DNA of 64,000 bases, taken from assembly GCA_964016885.1 (NCBI GenBank), contig OZ024747.1:43524001-43588000 (forward strand), in the 5' to 3' direction. The notes under the pieces were generated by a model, which saw nothing but the letters and a program-made list of their open reading frames with translations, was not told the DNA's origin and made no database searches. Both the position numbers and the translations under genes were made by a program. Source of the DNA: Eledone cirrhosa (Eukaryota). Of the stretch, positions 44,801-58,343 are shown piece by piece; within the stretch, counting starts at the first letter, position 1; each line of letters starts with the position of its first letter.

Positions 44801-47800
44801 AATGTAATGTAGTGTAATGTAGTGTAGTGTAATGCAGTGCTATGTAGTGTAATGTAATGTAGTGTAATGTAATGTAGTGTAGTGTAAGGTAGTGTAATGT
44901 AGTCTAGTGTAATGTAGTGTAACGTAGTGTAACGTAGTGTAACGTAGTGTAACGTAGTGTAGTGTAATGTAGTGTAGTGTAATGTAGTGTAATGTAGAGT
45001 AGTGTAGTTTAATGTAGTGTAGTGTAATGTAGTGTAATGTAGTGTAATGTAGTGTAGTGTAATGTAGTGTAATGTAGTGTAATGTAGTGTAGTGTCATGT
45101 AGTGTAATGTAGTGTAATGTAATGTAGTTTAATGTAGTGTAATGTAGTGTAAAGTAATTTAGTGTAATGAAGTGTAGTTTAATATAGAGTAATGTATTGT
45201 AATGTTGTGCAATGTAGTATAGTGTAATGTAGTGTAGTGTAATGTAGTGTAGTGTAGTGTAATGTAACGTATTGTAATGTAGTGTAATGTGGTGTAGTTT
45301 TGTGTAGTGTAATGTAGTGTAGTGTAATGTAGTGTAATGTAGTGTAGTGTAATGTAGTTTAATGTAGTGTAATGTAGTGTAGTGAAATGTAGTGTAATGT
45401 AGTGAAGTGTAATATAGTGTAATGTAGTGTAATGTAGTGTAGTGTAATGGAGTGTAATGTAATATAGTGTAATGTAGTTTAATGTAGTGTAGTGTAATGG
45501 AGTGTAATGTAGTGTAATGTAGTGTAGTGTAATGTAGTGTAGTGTAGTGTAATGTAGTGTAATGTAATGTAGTGTAATGTAGTGTAATGTAGTGTAGTGT
45601 AATTTAGTGTAATGAAGTGTAGTTTAATATAGACTAATGTATTGTAATGTAGTGTAATGTAGTGTAGTGTAATGTAGTGTAATGTAGTGTAGTTTTGTGT
45701 AGTGTAATGCAGCGTAGTGTAATGTAGTGTAGTGTAATGTACTGTAATGTAATGTAATGTAGTGCAGTGTGATGTAATATAATGTAGTGTAGTGTAATGT
45801 AGTGTAATGTAGTGTAGTTTTGTGTAGTGTAATGTAGTGTAATCTAGTGTAGTGTAACGTAGCGTAGTGTAATGAAGTGTAGTGTCATGTAGTGTAATGT
45901 AATGTAGTGTAATGTAGTGTAGTGTAGTGTATGTAATGTAGTGTAGTGTAATGTTGTGTCGTGAAATGTATTGTAATGTAGTGTAGTGTAGGGTAGTGTA
46001 ATGTAGTGTAATGTAGAGTAATGTTGTGTAATGTAGAGTAGTTTTGTGTCGTGTAGTGTAATGCAGTGTAATGTAGAGTAGTGTAGTGTCATGTAGTGTA
46101 ATGTAGTGAAATGTAGTGTAATGTAGTGTAGTGTAGTGTAATGTAGTGTAATGTAATGCAGTTTTGTGTAGTCTAATGTAGTGTAGTGTAGTGTAATGTA
46201 GTGTAGTGTAATGTAGTGCTATCTAGTGTAATGTAATGAAGTGTAATGTAATGTAGTGCAATGTAATGTAGTGTAATGTAATGCAGTGTAATGTAGTGTA
46301 ATGTAGTGTAATGTAATGTAGTGTAATGTAGTGTAGTGTAATGCAGTGCTATGTAGTGTAATGTAATGTAGTGTAATGTAATGTAGTGTAATGTAGTGCA
46401 GTGTAATGTAGTGTAATGTAGTGTAGTGTAATGTAGTGTAATGTAGTCTAGTGTAATGTAGTGTAACGTAGTGTAGTGTAATGTAGTGTAGTGTAATGTA
46501 GTGTAATGTAATGTAGTGTAATGTTTATCATGTGGTGTAGTTTTGTGTAGTGTAATGTAGTGCAATGTAGAGAAGTGTAGTGTAATGTAGTGTAGTGTAA
46601 TGTAGTGTAATGTAGTGTAATGTAGTGTAGTGTAGTGTAGTGTAATGTAGTGTAGTGTAATGTAGTGTAATGTAGTGTAGTGTAATGTAGTGTAATGTAG
46701 TGTAGTGTAGTGTAATATAGTGTAATGTAGTGTAGTGTAATGTAGTATAGTGTAATGTAGTGTAGTGTAATGTAATGTAGTGTAATGTAATATAGTGTAA
46801 TGTAGTGTAATGTAACGTAGTGTAATATAGTGTAGTGTAGTGTAGTGTAGTATAGTGTAGTGTAGTGTAATGTAATTTTAGTGTAGTGTATGTAGTGTAG
46901 TGTAATGTAGTGTAGTGTTGTGCAATGTAGTGTAATGTAGTGTAGTGTAGTGTAGTGTAATGTAGTGTAATCTAGTGTTGTGTAGTGTAGTGTAGTGTAG
47001 TGTAGTGTAGTGTAGTGTAGTGTAGTGTAGTGTAGTGTAGTGTAGTGTAGTGTAGTGTAGTGTAATGTAGTGTAGTGTAGTGTAGTGTAGTGTAGTGTAG
47101 TGTAGTGTAGTGTAGTGTAATGTACTGTAATGTAGTGTAGTTTTGTGTAGTGAAGTGTAGTGTAATGCATTGTAATGTAGTGTAGTTTTGTGTAGTGTAA
47201 TGTAGTGTAGTGAAATGTAGTGTAGTGTAACGTAGTGTAATGTAGTGTAGTGTAATGTAGTGTAATGTAGTATAATGTAATGTAGTGTAATGTAGTGTAA
47301 TGTAGTGTAGTGTACTGTAAAGTAGTGTAGTGTAATGTAGTGTACTGTAAAGTAGTGTAATGTAATGTAATTTAGTGTAGTGTAGTGTAATGTATTGTAG
47401 TGTAATGTAGTGTAATATAGTGTAGTGTAATGTAGTGTAACGTAGTGTAGTGTAATATAATGTAGTGTAGTGTAATGTAGAGTAATTTAATGTAATATAG
47501 TGTAGTTTTCTGTCGTGTAGTGTAATGCAGTGTAATGTAGCGTAGTGTAGCGTAGTGTAATATAGTGAAATGTAGTGTAATGTAGTGTAATGTATTGTAG
47601 TGTAATGTAGTGTAATGTAGTGCAATGTAGTGTAGTGTAGTGTAATGTAGTGTAGTGTAATATAGTGTAATGTAGTGTAGTGTAATGTAGTCTGATGTAG
47701 TGTAGTGTAATGTAACGTAGAGTAATGTAGTGTAGTGTAATGTAATGTAATGCAGTGTCGTTTAATGTAGTGTAATGTAGTGTAAAGTAGTGTAATGTAG

Positions 47801-50800
47801 TGTAATGTAGTGTAGTGTAATGTAGTGTAATGTAGTGTAGTGAAATGTAGTGTAACGTAGTGTAATGTAGTGTAGTGTTATTTAGTGTAGTGTAATGTAG
47901 TGTACTGTAAAGTAGTGTAATGTAATGTAGTGTAATGTAGTGTAATGTATTGTAGTGTAATGTAGTGTAATGTAGTGTAGTGTAGTGTAGTGTAATGTAG
48001 TGTAGTGTAGTGTAATGTAGTGTAATGTAGTGTAATGTAGTGTAATGTAGTGTAATGTAGTCTAATGTAGTGTGGTGTAGTGTAATGTAGTGTACTGTAA
48101 AGTAGTGTAATGTAATGTAATGTAGTGTAATGTAGTGTAATGTATTGTAGTGTAATGTAGTGTAATGTAGTGTAGTGTAGTGTAGTGTATTGTAGTGTAG
48201 TGTAATGTAGTATAGTGTAATGTAGTGTAGTGTAATGTAGTGTAATGTAGTGTAGTGTAATGTATTGTGATGTAGTGTAGTGTAATGTAGTGTAATGTAG
48301 TGTAGTTTTGTGTAGAGTAATGTAGTGTAGTTTTGTGTAGTGTAATGTAATGTAATCTAGTGTAGTGTAACGTAGTGTAGTGTAATGAAGTGTAGTGTAA
48401 TGTAGTGTAATGTAGTGTAGTGTAGTGTAGTGTATGTAATGTAGTGTAGTGTAATGTTGTGTTGTGAAATGTATTGTAATGCAGTGTAATGTAGTGTAGT
48501 GTAATGTAGTGTAATATAGTGTAATGCAGTGTAACGTAGTGTAGTGTTATGTAGTGTAGTATAAATTAGTGTAGTGTAGTGAAGTGTAGTGTAGTGTAGT
48601 GTAGTGTAGTGTAGTGTAGTGTAGTGTAGTGTAGTGTAGTGTAGTGTAGTGTAATGTAGTGTAATGTAGTGTAATGTAGTGTAATGTAGTGTAGTATAAT
48701 GTAGTGTAGTGTAGTGTAATGTAGTGTAATGTAGTGTAATGTAGTGTAGTGAAATGTAATCTAGTGTAATGTAATATAGTGTAATTTAGTGTAATGTAGT
48801 GTAGGGTAATGTAGTGTAGTGTAATGTAATCTAGCGTAATGTAATGTAGTGTAATGTAATGTAGTTTAATGTAGTGTATTGTAATGTAGTGTAGTGTAAC
48901 GTAGTGTAATGTCATGTAGTGTAATGTAATGTAGTGTAATGTAGTGTAGTGTAATGTAGTGTAATGTAATGTAGTGTAATGTAGTGCAGTGTAATGTAGT
49001 GTAATTTAGTGTAATGTAATGTAGTGTAATGTTGTATCATATGGTGTAGTTTTGTGTAGTGTAATGTAGTGTAATGTAGAGAAGTGTAGTGTAATGTAGT
49101 GTAGTGTAATGTAGTGTAATGTAGTGTAATGTAGGGTAGTGTAATGTATTTTAGTGTAATGTAGTGTAATGTAGTGTAATGTAGTGTAGTGTAATGTAGA
49201 GTAATGTACTGTAGTGTAATGTAATGTAGTGTAATGTAGTGTAATGTAGTGTTGTGTAATTTAGTGTAATGAAGTGTAGTTTAATGTAGAGTAATGTATT
49301 CTAATGTAGTGTAATGTAGTGTAGTGTAGTGTAATTTAGTGTAATGTAGTGTAGTGTAATGTAGTATAGTGTAATGTAGTGTAGTGTAATGTAGTGTAGC
49401 ATATTGTAATGTAACGTATTGTAATGTAGTGTAATGTGGTGTAGCTTTGTGTAGTGTAACGTAGTGTAGTGTAATGTAGTGTAATGTAGTGTAATGTAAT
49501 GTAGTGTAATGTAGTGTAGTGTAGTGTAATGTAGTGTAATGTAGTGTAATGTAGTGTAGTGTAATGTAGTGTGGTGTAATGTAATGTAGTGTAATGTAAT
49601 ATAGTGTAATGTAGTGTAATGTAATGTAGTGTAATATAGTGTAGTGTAGTGTAGTGTAGTATCGTGTAGTGTAGTGTAATGTAATTTTAGTGTAGTGTAA
49701 TGTAGTGTAGTGTAATGTAGGGTAGTGTAGTGTAGTGTAGTGTAGTGTAGTGTAGTGTAGTGTAGTGTAGTGTAGTGTAGTGTAGTGTAGTGTAGTGTAG
49801 TGTAGTGTAGTGTAGTGTAGTGTAGTGTAGTGTAGTGTAGTGTAGTGTAGTGTAATGTAGTGTAGTTTTGTGTAGTGAAGTGTAGTGTAATGCATTGTAA
49901 TGTAGTGTAGTTTTGTGTAGTGTAATGTAGTGTAGTGAAATGTAGTGTAGTGTAACGTAGTGTAATGTAGTGTAGTGTAATGTAGTGTAATCTAATATAA
50001 TGTAATGTAGTGTAATATAGTGTAATGTAGTGTCGTGTTATTTAGTGTAGTGTAATGTAGTGTACTGTAAAGTAGTGTAATGTAATGTAATGTAGTGTAA
50101 TATAGTGTAATGTAATGTAGTGTAGTGTAATGTAGTGTAATGTAGTGTAGTGTAGTGTAGTGTATATAAAGTAATGTAGTGCAATGTAGTATAATGTAGT
50201 GTAATGTAGTGTAATATAGTGTAGTGCAGTGTAACGTAGTCTAGTGTAATATAGGGTAGTATAAATTAGTGTAGTGTAGTGTAGTGTAGTGTAGTGTAGT
50301 GTAGTGTAGTGTAGTGTAGTGTAGTGTAGTGTAGTGTAGTGTAGTGTAGTGTAGTGTAGTTTAATGTAGTGTAGTGTAATGTAGTGTAGTGAAATGTAAT
50401 GTAGTGTAATGTAATATAGTGTAATGTAGTGTAATGTAGTGTAGGGTAATGTAGTGTAGTGTAATGTAGTATAATGTGGAGTAGTTTAGTGTAGTGTAAT
50501 GTAGCGTAGTGTAATGTAATCTAGTGTAATGTAATGTAGTGTAATGTAATGTAGTGTAATGTAGTGTATTGTAATGTAGTGTAGTGTAACGTAGTGTAAT
50601 GTCATGAAGTGTAATGTAATGTAGTGTAATGTAGTGTAGTGTAATGTAGTGTAATGTAATGTAGTGTAATGTAGTGCAGTGTAATGTAGTGTAATGTAGT
50701 GTAATATAATGTAGTGTAATATTGTATCATGTGGTGTAGTTTTGTGTAGTGTAATGTAGAGAAGTGTAGTGTAATGTAGTGTAGTGTAATGTAGTGTAAT

Positions 50801-53800
50801 GTAGTGTAATGTAGGGTAGTGTAATGTAGTGTAGTGTAATGTAGTGTAATGTAGTGTAATGTAGTGTAGTGTAATGTAGTGTAATGTAGTGTAGTGTAAT
50901 GTAATGTAGTGTAATGTAGTGTAATGTAGTGTACTATAATTTAGTGTAGTGTAGTGTAGTGTAGTGTAGTGTAGTGTAGTGTAGTGTAGTGTAGTGTAGT
51001 GTAGTGTAGTGTAGTGTAGTGTAGTGCAGTGTAATGTAGTGTAATGTAGTGTAGTATAATGTAGTGTAGTGTAGTGTAATGTAGTTTAATGTAGTGCAGT
51101 GTAATGTAGTGTAGTGAAATGTAATGTAGTGTAATGTAATATAGTGTAATGTAGTGTAATGTAGTGTAGTATAATGTAGTGTAGTGTAGTGTAATGTAGT
51201 TTAATGTAGTGTAGTGTAATGTAGTGTAGTGTAATGTAGTATAATGTTGAGTAGTTTTGTGTAGTGTAATGTAGCGTAGTGTAATGTAATGTAGTGTAAT
51301 GTAATGTAGTATAATGTAATGTAGTGTAATGTAGTGTATTGTAATGTAGTGTAGTGTAATGTAGTGTAATGTAATGTAGTGTAATGTAATGTAGTGTAAT
51401 GTAGTGCAGTGTAATGTAGTGTAATGTAATGTAGTGTAATATAGTGTAATGTAGTCTAGTGTAATGTAGTGTAACGTAGTGTAGTGTAATGTAGTGTAGT
51501 GTAATGTAGTGTAATGTATTGTAGTGTAATGTAGTGTAGTATAATGTAGTGTAATGTAATGTAGTGTAATGTTGTATCATGTGGTGTAGTTTTGTGTAGT
51601 GTAATGTAGTGCAATGTAGAGAAGTGTAGTGTAATGTAGTGTAGTGTAATGTAGTGTAATGTTGTGTAATGTAGTGTAGTGTAGTGTAGTGTAATGTAGT
51701 GTAATGTAATGTAGTGTAATGTAGTGTAGTGTAATGCAGTGCTATGTAGTGTAACGTAATGTAGTGTAATGTAATGTAGTGAAATGTAGTGCAGTGTAAT
51801 GTAGTGTAATGTAGTGTAGTGTAATGTAGTGTAATGTAGTCTAGTGTAATGTAGTGTAACGTAGTGTAGTGTAATGTAGTGTAGTGTAATGTAGTGTAAT
51901 GTAATGTAGTGTAATGTTTATCATGTGGTGTAGTTTTGTGTAGTGTAATGTAGTGCAATGTAGAGAAGTGTAGTGTAATGTAGTGTAGTGTAATGTAGTG
52001 TAATCTAATATAATGTAATGTAGTGTAATGTAGTGTAATGTAGTGTCGTGTTATTTAGTGTAGTGTAATGTAGTGTACTGTAAAGTAGTGTAGTGTAATA
52101 TAGTGTAATGTAGTATAGTGTAGTGTAGTGTAGTGTAGTGTATAAAAAGTAATGTAGTGTAATGTAGTATAATGTAGTGTAATGTAGTGTAATATAGTGT
52201 AGTGCAGTGTAACGTAGTGTAGTGTAATGTAGTGTAGTATAAATTAGTGTAGTGTAGTGTAGTGAAGTGTAGTGTAGTGTAGTGTAGTGTAATGTAGTGT
52301 AATGTAATGTAGTGTAATGTATTGTGATGTAGTGTAGTGTAATGTAGTGTAATGTAGTGTAGTTTTGTGTAGAGTAATGTAGTGTAGTTTTGTGTAGTGT
52401 AATGTAATGTAATCTAGTGTAGTGTAACGTAGTGTAGTGTAATGAAGTGTAGTGTAATGTAGTGTAATGTAGTGTAGTGTAGTGTAGTGTATGTGATGTA
52501 GTGTAGTGTAATGTTGTGTCGTGAAATGTATTGTAATGCAGTGTAATGTAGTGTAGTGTAATGTAGTGTAATATAGTGTAATGCAGTGTAAAGTAGTGTA
52601 GTGTAATGTAGTGTAGTATAAATTAGTGTAGTGTAGTGTAGTGAAGTGTAGTGTAGTGTAGTGTAGTGTAGTGTAGTGTAGTGTAGTGTAGTGTAGTGTA
52701 GTGTAATGTAGTGTAATGTAGTGTAATGTAGTGTAATGTAGTGTAGTATAATGTAGTGTAGTGTAGTGTAATGTAGTTTAATGTAGTGTAGTGTAATGTA
52801 GTGTACTGAAATGTAATGTAGTGTAATGTAATATAGTGTAATTTAGTGTAATGTAGTGTAGGGTAATGTAGTGTAGTGTAATGTAGTATAATGTGGTGTA
52901 GTTTTGTGTAGTGTAATGTAGCGTAGTGTAATGTAATCTAGCGTAATGTAATGTAGTGTAATGTAATGTAGTTTAATGTAGTGTATTGTAATGTAGTGTA
53001 GTGTAACGTAGTGTAATGTCATGTAGTGTAATGTAATGTAGTGTAATGTTGTATCATGTGGTGTAGTTTTGTGTAGTGTAATGTAGTGTAATGTAGAGAA
53101 GTGTAGTGTAATGTAGTGTAGTGTAATGTAGTGTAATGTAGTGTTATGTAGGGTAGTGTAATGTAGTGTAGTGTAATGTAGTGTAATGTAATGTAATGTA
53201 GTGTAGTGTAATGTAGTGTAATGTAGTGTAGTGTAATGTAATGTAGTGTAACGTAGTGTAATGTAATGTTGTGTACTTTAGTGTAATGAAGTGTAGTTTA
53301 ATGTAGAGTAATGTATTCTAATGTAGTGTAATGTAGTGTAGTGTAGTGTAATTTAGTGTAATGTAATGTAGTGTAATGTAGTATGGTGTAATGTAGTGTA
53401 GTGTAATGTAGTGTAGCATATTGTAATGTAACGTATTGTAATGTAGTGTAATGTGGTGTAGTTTTGTGTAGTGTAATGTAGTGTAGTGTAATGTAGTGTA
53501 ATGTAGTGTAATGTAATGTAGTGTAATGTAGTGTAGTGTAGTGTAATGTAGTGTAATGTAGTGTAGTGTAATGTAGTGTGGTGTAATGTAATGTAGTGTA
53601 ATGTAATATAGTGTAATGTAGTGTAATGTAATGTAGTGTAATATAGTGTAGTGTAGTGTAGTGTAGTATCGTGTAGTGTAGTGTAATGTAATTTTAGTGT
53701 AGTGTAATGTAGTGTAGTGTAATGTAGGGTAGTGTTGTGTAATGTAGTGTAATGTAGTGTTGTGTAATGTAGTGTAGTGCAGTGTAGTGTAGTGTAGTGT

Positions 53801-56800
53801 AGTGTAGTGTAGTGTAGTGTAGTGTAGTGTAGTGTAGTGTAGTGTAGTGTAGTGTAGTGTAGTGTAGTGTAGTGTAGTGTAGTGTAGTGTACTGTAATGT
53901 AGTGTAGTTTTGTGTAGTGAAGTGTAGTGTAATGCATTGTAATGTTGTGTAGTTTTGTGTAGTGTAATGTAGTGTAGTGAAATGCAGTGTAGTGTAACGT
54001 AGTGTAATGTAGTGTAGTGTATTGTAGTGTAATCTAATATAATGTAATGTAGTGTAATGTAGTGTAATGTAGTGTCGTGTTATTTAGTGTAGTGTAATGT
54101 AGTGTACTGTAAAGTAGTGTAATGTAATGTAATGTAGTGTAATATAGTGTAATGTAATGTAGTGTAGTGTAATGTAGTGTAATGTAGTGTAGTGTAGTGT
54201 AGTGTAGTGTATATAAAGTAATGTAGTGTAATGTAGTATAATGTAGTGTAATGTAGTGTAATATAGTGTAGTGCAGTGTAACGTAGTGTAGTGTAATGTA
54301 GTGTAGTATAAATTAGTGTAGTGTAGTGTAGTGAAGTATAGTGTAGTGTAGTGTAGTGTAGTGTAATGTAGTGTAATGTAATGTAGTGTAATGTATTGTG
54401 ATGTAGTGTAGTGTAATGTAGTGTAATGTAGTGTAGTTTTGTGTAGAGTAATGTAGTGTAGTTTTGTGTAGTGTAATGTAATGTAATCTAGTGTAGTGTA
54501 ACGTAGTGTAGTGTAATGAAGTGTAGTGTAATGTAGTGTAATGTAATGTAGTGTAATGTAGTGTAGTGTAGTGTAGTGTATGTGATGTAGTGTAGTGTAA
54601 TGTTGTGTCGTGAAATGTATTGTAATGCAGTGTAATGTAGTGTAGTGTAATGTAGTGTAATATAGTGTAATGCAGTGTAACGTAGTGTAGTATAATGTAG
54701 TGTAGTGTAGTGTAATGTAGGTTAATGTAGTGTAGTGTAATGTAGTGTAGTGAAATGTAATGTAGTGTAATGTAATATAGTGTAATTTAGTGTAATGTAG
54801 TGTAGGGTAATGTAGTGTAGTGTAATGTAGTATAATGTGGTGTAGTTTTGTGTAGTGTAATGTAGCGTAGTGTAATGTAATCTAGCGTAATGTAATGTAG
54901 TGTAATGTAATGTAGTTTAATGTAGTGTATTGTCATGTAGTGTAGTGTAACGTAGTGTAATGTCATGTAGTGTAATGTAATGTAGTGTAATGTAGTGTAG
55001 TGTAATGTAGTGTAATGTAATGTAGTGTAATGTAGTGCAGTGTAATGTAGTGTAATGTAGTGTAATGTAATGTAGTGTAATGTTGTATCATGTGGTGTAG
55101 TTTTGTGTAGTGTAATGTAGTGTAATGTAGAGAAGTGTAGTGTAATGTAGTGTAGTGTAATGTAGTGTAATGTAGTGTAATGTAGGGTAGTGTAATGTAG
55201 TGTAGTGTAATGTAGTGTAATGTAGTGTAATGTAGTGTAGTGTAATGTAGTGTAATGTAGTGTAGTGTAATGTAATGTAGTGTAACGTAGTGTAATGTAG
55301 TGTTGTGTAATTTAGTGTAATGAAGTGTAGTTTAATGTAGAGTAATGTATTCTAATGTAGTGTAATGTAGTGTAGTGTAGTGTAATTTAGTGTAATGTAG
55401 TGTAGTGTAATGTAGTATAGTGTAATGTAGTGTAGTGTAATGTAGTGTAATGTAGTGTAATGTAATGTAGTGTAATGTAGTGTAGTGTAGTGTAATGTAG
55501 TGTAATGTAGTGTAGTGTAATGTAGTGTGGTGTAATGTAATGTAGTGTAATGTAATATAGTGTAATGTAGTGTAATGTAATGTAGTGTAATATAGTGTAG
55601 TGTAGTGTAGTGTAGTATCGTGCAGTGTAGTGTAATGTAATTTTAGTGTAGTGTAATGTAGTGTAGTGTAATGTAGGGTAGTGTTGTGTAATGTAGTGTA
55701 ATGTAGTATTGTGTAATGTAGTGTAATGTACTGTAGTGTAGTGTAGTGTAGTGTAGTGTTGTGTAGTGTAGTGTAGTGTAGTGTAGTGTAGTGTAGTGTA
55801 GTGTAGTGTAGTGTAGTGTAGTGTAGTGGAGTGTAATGTACTGTAATGTAGTGTAGTTTTGTGTAGTGAAGTTAAGTGTAATGCATTGTAATGTTGTGTA
55901 GTTTTGTGTAGTGTAATGTAGTGTAGTGAAATGTAGTGCAGTGTAACGTAGTGTAATGTAGTGTAGTGTAATGTAGTGTAATCTAATATAATGTAATGTA
56001 GTGTAATGTAGTGTAATGTAGTGTCGTGTTATTTAGTGTAGTGTAATGTAGTGTACTGTAAAGTAGTGTAATGTAATGTAATGTAGTGTAATATAGTGTA
56101 ATGTAATGTAGTGTAGTGTAATGTAGTGTAATGTAGTGTAGTGTAGTGTAGTGTAGTGTAGTGTAGTGTATATAAAGTAATGTAGTGTAATGTAGTATAA
56201 TGTAGTGTAATGTAGTGTAATATAGTGTAGTGCAGTGTAACGTAGTGTAGTGTAATGTAGTGTAGTATAAATTAGTGTAGTGTAGTGTAGTGTAGTGTAA
56301 TGTAGTGTAGTGTAGTGTAGTGTAGTGTAGTGTAGTGTAGTGTAGTATAATGTAGTGTAGTGTAGTGTAATGTAGTTTAATGTAGTGTAGTGTAATGTAG
56401 TGTAGTGAAATGTAATGTAGTGTAATGTAATATATTGTAATGTAGTGTAATGTAGTGTAGGGTAATGTAGTGTAGTGTAATGTAGTATAATGTGGAGTAG
56501 TTTTGTGTAGTGTAATGTAGCGTAGTGTAATGTAATCTAGTGTAATGTAATGTAGTGTAATGTAATGTAGTGTAATGTAGTGTATTGTAATGTAGTGTAG
56601 TGTAACGTAGTGTAATGTCATGTAGTGTAATGTAATGTAGTGTAATGTAGTGTAGTGTAATGTAGTGTAATGTAATGTAGTGTAATGTAGTGCAGTGTAA
56701 TGTAGTGTAATGTAGTGTAATGTAATGTAGTGTAATATTGTATCATGTGGTGTAGTTTTGTGTAGTGTAACGTAGAGAAGTGTAGTGTAATGTAGTGTAG

Positions 56801-58216
56801 AGTAATGTAGTGTAATGTAGTGTAATGTAGCGTAGGGTAGTGTAATGTAGTGTAGTGTAATGTAGTGTAATGTAGTGTAATGTAGTGTAGTGTAATGTAG
56901 TGTAATGTAGTGTAGTGTAATGTAATGTAGTGTAATGTAGTGTAATGTAGTGTTGTGTAATTTAGTGTAATGAAGTGTAGTTTAATGTAGAGTAATGTAT
57001 TCTAATGTAGTGTAATGTAGTGTAGTGTAGTGTAATTTAGTGTAATGTAGTGTAGTGTAATGTATTATAGTGTAATGTAGTGAAGTGTAATGTAGTGTAG
57101 CATATTGTAATGTAACGTATTGTAATGTAGTGTAATGTGGTGTAGTTTTGTGTAGTGTAGTGTAATGTAGTGTAATGTAGTGTAATGTAGTGTAGTGTAA
57201 TGTAGTGTAGTGTAGTGTAATGTAGTGTAATGTAGTGTAGTGTAATGTAGTGTGGTGTAATGTAATGTAGTGTAATGTATTATAGTGTAATGTTGTGTAA
57301 TGTAATGTAGTGTAATATAGTGTAGTGTAGCATCGTATAGTGTAGTGTAATGTAATTTTAGTGTAGTGTAATGTAGTGTAGTGTAATGTAGTGTAGTGTT
57401 GTGTAATGTTGTGTAATGTAGTGTAGTGTAGTGTAGTGTAGTGTAGTGTAGTGTAGTGTAGTGTAGTGTAGTGTAGTGTAGTGTAGTGTAGTGTAGTGTA
57501 GTGTAGTGTAGTGTAGTGTACTGTAATGTAGTGTAGTTTTGTGTAGTGAAGTGTAGTGTAATGCATTGTAATGTAGTGTAGTTTTGTGTAGTGTAATGTA
57601 GTGTAGTGAAATGTAGTGTAGTGTAACGTAGTGTAATATAGTGTAGTGTAATGTTGTGTAATGTAATATAATGTAATGTAGTGTAATGTAGTGTAATGTA
57701 GTGTCGTGTTATTTAGTGTAGTGTAATGTAGTGTACTGTAAATTAGTGTAATGTAATGTAATGTAGTGTAATGTAGTGTAATGTAATGTAGTGTAGTGTA
57801 ATGTAGTGTAATGTAGTGTAGTGTAGTGTAGTGTAGTGTATATAAAGTAATGTAGTGTAATGTAGTATAATGTAGTGTAAAGTAGTGTAATGTAATGTAG
57901 TTTAGTATAATGTAGTGTAGTTTTGTGTAGTGTAATGTAGTGTAATGTAGTGTAATGTAGTGTAATGTAGTGTAGTGCAATGTAGTGTTATGTAGTGTAA
58001 TGCAGTGTAATGTAGTGTAATGTAGTGTAGTGTAATGTAGTGTAATGTAGTGTAACGTTATATAATGTAGTGTAAAGTAGTATAGGGAAATGTAGTGTAA
58101 TGTAAAGCAGTGTAGTGTAGTGTAAATCAATGTAGTGTAGTGTAGTGCAAATCAGTGTAGTGTAGTGTAGTATTATGTAGTGTATAGTAGCATAATGTAG
58201 TGTTGTATAGTGTAGT

Positions 58217-58343
58217 ACAGGATAGCATAGTGTAGTGCAACACTTTTACTAAATAAGATGTAGTCTAAATTAGACAGGAGTTGTTTTCCACCATATCACT
58301 CTCTATATATATATGTAGCACTACCATAGCATGGTTCATGATA
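58217..58343. repeat. Satellite island copy 4 (type B)
   Basis: As copy 3. Confidence 0.95.
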